Assembly: GCA_016198705.1 (NCBI GenBank)
Contig: JACQIA010000046.1
Span: forward strand, 1 to 57,486
Direction: 5' to 3'
Length of the DNA stretch: 57,486 nt
From: Candidatus Aenigmatarchaeota archaeon
Lineage (GTDB): Archaea > Aenigmatarchaeota > Aenigmatarchaeia > CG10238-14 > SCSR01
The stretch's first letter is position 1. The number at the start of each line of letters is the position of its first letter. Of this stretch, positions 53,286 through 57,486 are shown piece by piece. Below the pieces are notes generated by a model. It was not told the origin of the DNA and searched no databases. It was given only the letters and a program-made list of their open reading frames with translations. Position numbers and translations under genes: made by a program.

Positions 53286-54119
53286 ATGGTAAAATCTAAA
53301 ACCAATTCTTCAGGAAAGTTATTGATACTTGTTATAGTATTGACTGTAGGATTTTCTTTCTACCTCTTCTCAGAAAATCAAAACCATTTGGCAAATGTAG
53401 CGTCATTATCTCAACAATTAGCTGACAAATCAAAAACCATTGAAACCCAAAATTTCAACATAGAAAATCTAAACAGAAATCTGGAAAATCTGAACTTCGT
53501 ATTGGAAAATTTAAAATTGGATATAAAAACCAAAGAACTGACAATAACTGACCTTAGCAATCGCCTAGGTATAACTGAAACTGAATTGGGGGAGCTAACG
53601 CCAGTGATTAAAAACTATTTTGCAGCTGGTGTGAGAGATAAAACTGGTGTGTTGATACCATTGGAGACTAAAATGACGAAAGGTACAGGGGTTGTGTCTG
53701 TAAACATCAAAAATGTGGATTTGCAAAGTGGGGCGCAGGATTCCATAAGGATTGCCACCCAAGTGGCGCAAGATTATACTGGAGTTGATTTATCTAAGAA
53801 AGACATAACTGTGACATTTGTGAATGAGGAAGGAGGTTTGGTTTCATTGGATGGACCATCTGCTGGAGCGGCGATTACTTTGACGATAATTGCAGGTGTT
53901 TTGAACAAGACTACAAACAGCAAAATTCTCATTACTGGCACTATAGAAGGTGATGGTAGTGTTGGACCTGTTGGGGGAATAAAAGAAAAGGCTGCGGCTG
54001 CTGCGGTGAGTGGTGCGACGATTTTCCTTGTTCCGTTCGGCCAAAAGGTGGAGGTTGGTGGGATAGAAGTTGCAGAGGTTAAGAAAATACAGGAAGTTGT
54101 GAACTTGGTTTTGAAATAA
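53286..54119 (+). CDS. membrane-anchored Lon-protease-domain (S16) serine protease lacking an AAA+ module
   Basis: N-terminal TM segment and a coiled coil with ENLN repeats. LDGPSAGAAITL (catalytic Ser) and GGIKEKAAAA (catalytic Lys). Confidence 0.7.
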   Translation: MVKSKTNSSGKLLILVIVLTVGFSFYLFSENQNHLANVASLSQQLADKSKTIETQNFNIENLNRNLENLNFVLENLKLDIKTKELTITDLSNRLGITETELGELTPVIKNYFAAGVRDKTGVLIPLETKMTKGTGVVSVNIKNVDLQSGAQDSIRIATQVAQDYTGVDLSKKDITVTFVNEEGGLVSLDGPSAGAAITLTIIAGVLNKTTNSKILITGTIEGDGSVGPVGGIKEKAAAAAVSGATIFLVPFGQKVEVGGIEVAEVKKIQEVVNLVLK

Positions 54120-55628
54120 TTACATGAATGTCTCTAAATCTTTTTTATCAGAAGATTTCCTGTTTTGGAAATTTGCCAGCGCATCTTCAAAACTGATTGC
54201 GTTTTTAGATTGCATGCTTTTCCTTTCTCTGACATTTACTAATAGTGGGTATCTAACAACTTCTCCTGTGACTAATGCCTCTCCAACTTTCAATCCAGGC
54301 AATGCATCAAGAATATCTTTAGTCACACCTTCACAGCTTTCTCCTATGTGCTTCAAATCGTATGGATTGCTCACACGCAGGATTATGTTGCTGTTGCACT
54401 GGCTTAATGCGGTGGTAGATAATTGCACAGGTCTTTGGGAAATTAAAACCAAGGATGCTAAGAACTTTCTACCCTCCCTTGCGATAGTTTCTATAATATT
54501 TTTGGATATTGCTGAAGAACGTTCTTCCTGCTCAGGAGCGAATTGATGCGCCTCTTCGACGATTAGAATGAATGGGTGTATGCGGTTGCTTCGTCTAGCC
54601 GCGAACAATTTCTTTGCAAAATAAGTTACAATCATTTGTTTTTGTCGCGATTGAATGAACTCTGATAAGTCTAAAATGCTCAACTGCCCTTCTGATGCCA
54701 ATTCATCAACATTTGGCGAATCGTTTGTTCCAAATAATCCTGTATCATCTAAATCCGATAACCAAGAAACTAATGGGTATTTGGTTCTATCTGGGATGTT
54801 GCTAGCTTCAACTCCTTCTATCAACTCACGCATGTCATAAACTTTCCTACTATCCCTCAGACTTTTGATTATCTTACCTAATTCCCTTCTGGCTACATCA
54901 GTGATTCTCGGTTGGAATTCGCATATCTGACGCTCAGATAAATTTCTTGTAGCTATGCTGATGCTCTTTTCATTGAAGATCTTGGTTTTGGAAACGTAAT
55001 TTTCATCATCGCTAAAGCCTGTATATTCTCCATGAGGGTCTACAACAATCACAGCAGGTCTTCCGTGAACCAAACTCCTGTCAAGCAATTCCTCTATAAG
55101 AACGCTTGTGAGAAAACTTTTGCCGAAACCTGTTTGGGCAAGGATTGCGCAGTGTTTTTGGAATAGTTTGGTTAAATTCAGTTTAGCATCCAAACCATGA
55201 AATTCGATCTTTCCTATATTCAATCCTCTTTCTTTGTCCAAACCAAGAAAACCAAACAAGATGCCCTCATCTACTTTTGAAACTTTTGTCCCTGGCGATG
55301 GAGGGAAGCTGGCCCGTTTGTGGATGCCATCTTCATAAATTCCTATCAAGTTAGCTTGAGCGGTTAGATATTCCCATCTCCCCACTGGGAATTGTTCGTG
55401 TAATGGCTTGCCACTCTTTTCAAACTCGCTTACAGAATCTGCACGTTCGAAGTATTTGTTGGTTTTTGTTATTTCAGCCACTCTCGCAATCAATAATCCT
55501 TGCTCTGATTGCAATTGGATGAATTGCCCCTTCCTTACAGGAATTCCTTTATTATCATTTAACACAAACCAAAATTCGTTGCTGTTTGGGGGAAAAGGTG
55601 CTGATATGACTGTCCCTATTTCATGCAT
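54120..55628 (-). CDS. herA: HerA-type hexameric helicase/translocase
   Basis: HAS-barrel-like N-terminus (MHEIGTVISAP...), Walker A AQTGFGKS and Walker B ILIVEEAH. The track start at 55667 was trimmed to the ATG at 55628. Confidence 0.85.
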   Translation of the reverse strand: MHEIGTVISAPFPPNSNEFWFVLNDNKGIPVRKGQFIQLQSEQGLLIARVAEITKTNKYFERADSVSEFEKSGKPLHEQFPVGRWEYLTAQANLIGIYEDGIHKRASFPPSPGTKVSKVDEGILFGFLGLDKERGLNIGKIEFHGLDAKLNLTKLFQKHCAILAQTGFGKSFLTSVLIEELLDRSLVHGRPAVIVVDPHGEYTGFSDDENYVSKTKIFNEKSISIATRNLSERQICEFQPRITDVARRELGKIIKSLRDSRKVYDMRELIEGVEASNIPDRTKYPLVSWLSDLDDTGLFGTNDSPNVDELASEGQLSILDLSEFIQSRQKQMIVTYFAKKLFAARRSNRIHPFILIVEEAHQFAPEQEERSSAISKNIIETIAREGRKFLASLVLISQRPVQLSTTALSQCNSNIILRVSNPYDLKHIGESCEGVTKDILDALPGLKVGEALVTGEVVRYPLLVNVRERKSMQSKNAISFEDALANFQNRKSSDKKDLETFM

Positions 55629-55632
55629 AGAT

Positions 55633-55644
55633 TTTAAATTATAC
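55633..55644. promoter_or_regulatory. AT-rich TATA-like elements in the 32-bp herA/phosphoesterase divergent spacer
   Basis: TTTTAAATTATA lies 17-28 nt upstream of the ATG at 55661. CTTTTATC on the minus strand (55651-55660) lies about 23-32 nt upstream of the herA ATG. Confidence 0.35.
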
Positions 55645-55660
55645 ATGAAAAGATAAAAGT

Positions 55661-56443
55661 ATGACAATCAAGTTTGTAGCGAACTATCCAGCAGCATTTA
55701 TAACAGACAAGAAATTATTGGTAATTTCAGACCTCCATATAGGCTTGGAGACACAATTGCTGCATTCAGGTATCAAAATACACAAACAGATAGAAAAATT
55801 CAAAGAAATTATTGACAAACTTATTGATTTAACCAATGCGAAAACTTTGATTATTCTTGGTGATATAAAGCATAAAGTTCCTGGTGCGTATTTTCAGGAA
55901 CTAAAGGACATACCAAAATTTTTGGAGTATTTGTCTGCAAAAGTCAAGGTTCATGTGATAAAAGGCAACCATGATGATGGGATAAAACTGATGATTCCAA
56001 CCGGAGTCAAATTACATGGCAGCAGGGGATTCAAATTCGGCAATTATGGTTTTTTTCACGGTCATGCATGGCCTAGTAAAAAACTACTCCAATGCGATTA
56101 TCTTTTTATGGGTCATCTGCAGCCTGCAATTGAGTTTAGAGATAAACTAGGATACCGTTCACGCCAACAGTCATGGCTGAAAATAAAATTAAACCAAGTG
56201 GCAATTACAAATAAGTACAAGATAAAGAAGACTGGAAAATTAAATTTAATAATCACACCAGCCTTCAACAGTCTCGCAGGAAGCCTCAATGTCATAGGAG
56301 ATAAGGAATTGACTGGGCCTTTGCTTGCTAATAATGCTATTATCCTAGAAGATGCTGCAGTCTATCTGCTAGACGGCACTTGTTTGGGTGACATAAAATC
56401 ACTCAAAAAACGTTTTCAAAAGCTCCTGCTCACTAGCGCTTAA
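55661..56443 (+). CDS. calcineurin-like metallophosphoesterase, Mre11/SbcD-related
   Basis: Motifs SDLHIG, GDIKH, GNHD, HGH and GHLQP in canonical order. Length 260 aa. Confidence 0.7.
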   Translation: MTIKFVANYPAAFITDKKLLVISDLHIGLETQLLHSGIKIHKQIEKFKEIIDKLIDLTNAKTLIILGDIKHKVPGAYFQELKDIPKFLEYLSAKVKVHVIKGNHDDGIKLMIPTGVKLHGSRGFKFGNYGFFHGHAWPSKKLLQCDYLFMGHLQPAIEFRDKLGYRSRQQSWLKIKLNQVAITNKYKIKKTGKLNLIITPAFNSLAGSLNVIGDKELTGPLLANNAIILEDAAVYLLDGTCLGDIKSLKKRFQKLLLTSA

Positions 56444-57486
56444 ATAGCTCAAGAACTTTCTTAAAACTTTCAGGTCATCTTCACTTATAACTGAAACCAA
56501 TTTATCCCCTTCGAATATATGCCTGCCGACAGTAGGTTCGTTCATGCTTATTGCTACTTTATCGCCTTTCTTTGCTTCCGATACAGATTTTCCTTCCTTT
56601 TGTATTTCTTTTATCTTGCCTACAATTTTTCCATCAGATTGCTTCAATAAAATGCCTTGATTCACCACACCATTAACTACTTCTACGCCGAAAATAGCTG
56701 GTGAATGCTGCCTGAAAATTGTACCACGCAAAACCTGTATTTCACAAGGTCTTGCTACATTTTCCAACTTCTCTTGAATATTATTTTCTATTTCCTTGGC
56801 ATACCATTCTTCGTATTCTTCCAATAGCCTGTAAATTACATTATTTTCGAATATTTTAATTTCCAAATCTTTGCTAAAAGCGGCAACCTCTTCAGGAACT
56901 TTCTGGTTAAATGCAATAATAACCCGTCTAAAACTGTCTGATACATTCTTAGTCTCCATCACATCTTGTCTTGTGACATTGCCAACTTCTGCATTTCTTA
57001 TGGGAATTCCTTTTTCCTTCAACAATTTTATTATAGCCTCTAGGCTTCCTAAAGTGTCTACTTTGACTGTTATTCCAATAGGATTTCTCTCGTAAATTAT
57101 TTCTTCCAGTTCCTTTTGAACAAGCCTTTTAGCGGCTTCTATTTCTTCTTCAGATTTTACGGCAATTATAGGCGATCCTGCTATTACTTCATCGAAGCCT
57201 ACAGCAGAAATTTTAACACCGGCTGCAGCCACGATTTCATTTGTATAATCAAATTGGTTTTCACCTCTCAATTCCTGCAGAGGTCTTGGTTCTAATAAAG
57301 CTTTTATCTTGGTGACTAAAGGATTCCTGCCACCGATAACTAAATAATCTCCAGTTTTTATTCTACCATCGTATAGAATTACATCAATAGTTGTTCCAAG
57401 CCCCCTTACATCTTTAACTTCCAACACAGAACCCTTAGCTATATCAGAAATTTGTAATTTATCCTTCAAAAATTGCTGAGATAAAC
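56399..57486 (-). CDS. infB: translation initiation factor aIF5B/IF-2 (C-terminal part; gene runs off the right edge)
   Basis: VRGLGTTIDVILYDG (domain II) and C-terminal domains. The reading frame stays open to the window end. Confidence 0.85.
   Translation of the reverse strand, partial: LSQQFLKDKLQISDIAKGSVLEVKDVRGLGTTIDVILYDGRIKTGDYLVIGGRNPLVTKIKALLEPRPLQELRGENQFDYTNEIVAAAGVKISAVGFDEVIAGSPIIAVKSEEEIEAAKRLVQKELEEIIYERNPIGITVKVDTLGSLEAIIKLLKEKGIPIRNAEVGNVTRQDVMETKNVSDSFRRVIIAFNQKVPEEVAAFSKDLEIKIFENNVIYRLLEEYEEWYAKEIENNIQEKLENVARPCEIQVLRGTIFRQHSPAIFGVEVVNGVVNQGILLKQSDGKIVGKIKEIQKEGKSVSEAKKGDKVAISMNEPTVGRHIFEGDKLVSVISEDDLKVLRKFLSYLSASEQELLKTFFE

Noticed and set aside
48903-56443. Search for NurA among the ORFs of the repair neighbourhood
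   Set aside because: None of the ORFs, including 53286..54119 and 55661..56443, shows NurA-like features. They carry Lon-protease and phosphoesterase motifs instead, so no NurA is called.
1-57486. Diversity-generating retroelement, integrase, transposase or prophage genes
   Set aside because: No reverse-transcriptase (YxDD), tyrosine or serine recombinase, DDE transposase, capsid or terminase motifs were recognised in any frame. The island hypothesis therefore rests only on the direct repeats and gene content.

Overview
AT-rich, very tightly packed archaeal chromosome segment. Archaeal hallmarks are thermosome, proteasome beta, Orc1/Cdc6, class I LysRS, aIF5B, aCPSF1/FttA, FBP aldolase/phosphatase and Mre11-Rad50-HerA. 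BHB-type tRNA introns, oversized tRNA genes, many Ser/Thr-linker surface proteins and small gene sizes suggest an uncultivated small-genome (DPANN-like) archaeon; this is inference only. The window splits into two parts. (1) About 0.7-25 kb looks accessory. It holds a wHTH/unknown/PIN module, a cluster of sub-60-aa ORFs and a HEPN-MNT toxin-antitoxin pair. It also holds two small wHTH genes, five secreted or anchored Cys-rich surface proteins, and a 9.6-kb minus-strand glycosylation operon (GT2, AsnB, carbamoyltransferase, two GT-C enzymes). This block is bracketed by an exact 18-bp direct repeat whose right copy sits beside an intron-containing tRNA-Val and a free-standing LAGLIDADG endonuclease gene. 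Inside it, three copies of a 30-55 bp element with an internal inverted repeat separate the small modules. (2) About 25-57 kb is core. It contains informational genes and an archaeal type IV pilus-like locus (34.0-42.8 kb). That locus has a FlaI/PilB-type ATPase, a platform split into two single-domain genes, four or five class III signal-peptide proteins and a tail-fibre-like protein. It also contains an unusual DNA-repair neighbourhood: fbp-mre11-IMPase-rad50-Lon-like protease, then herA back-to-back with an Mre11/SbcD-like phosphoesterase, with no NurA recognised. No rRNA, CRISPR array, reverse transcriptase or integrase was recognised. All product calls rest on motifs read by eye from the translations; no searches were run.
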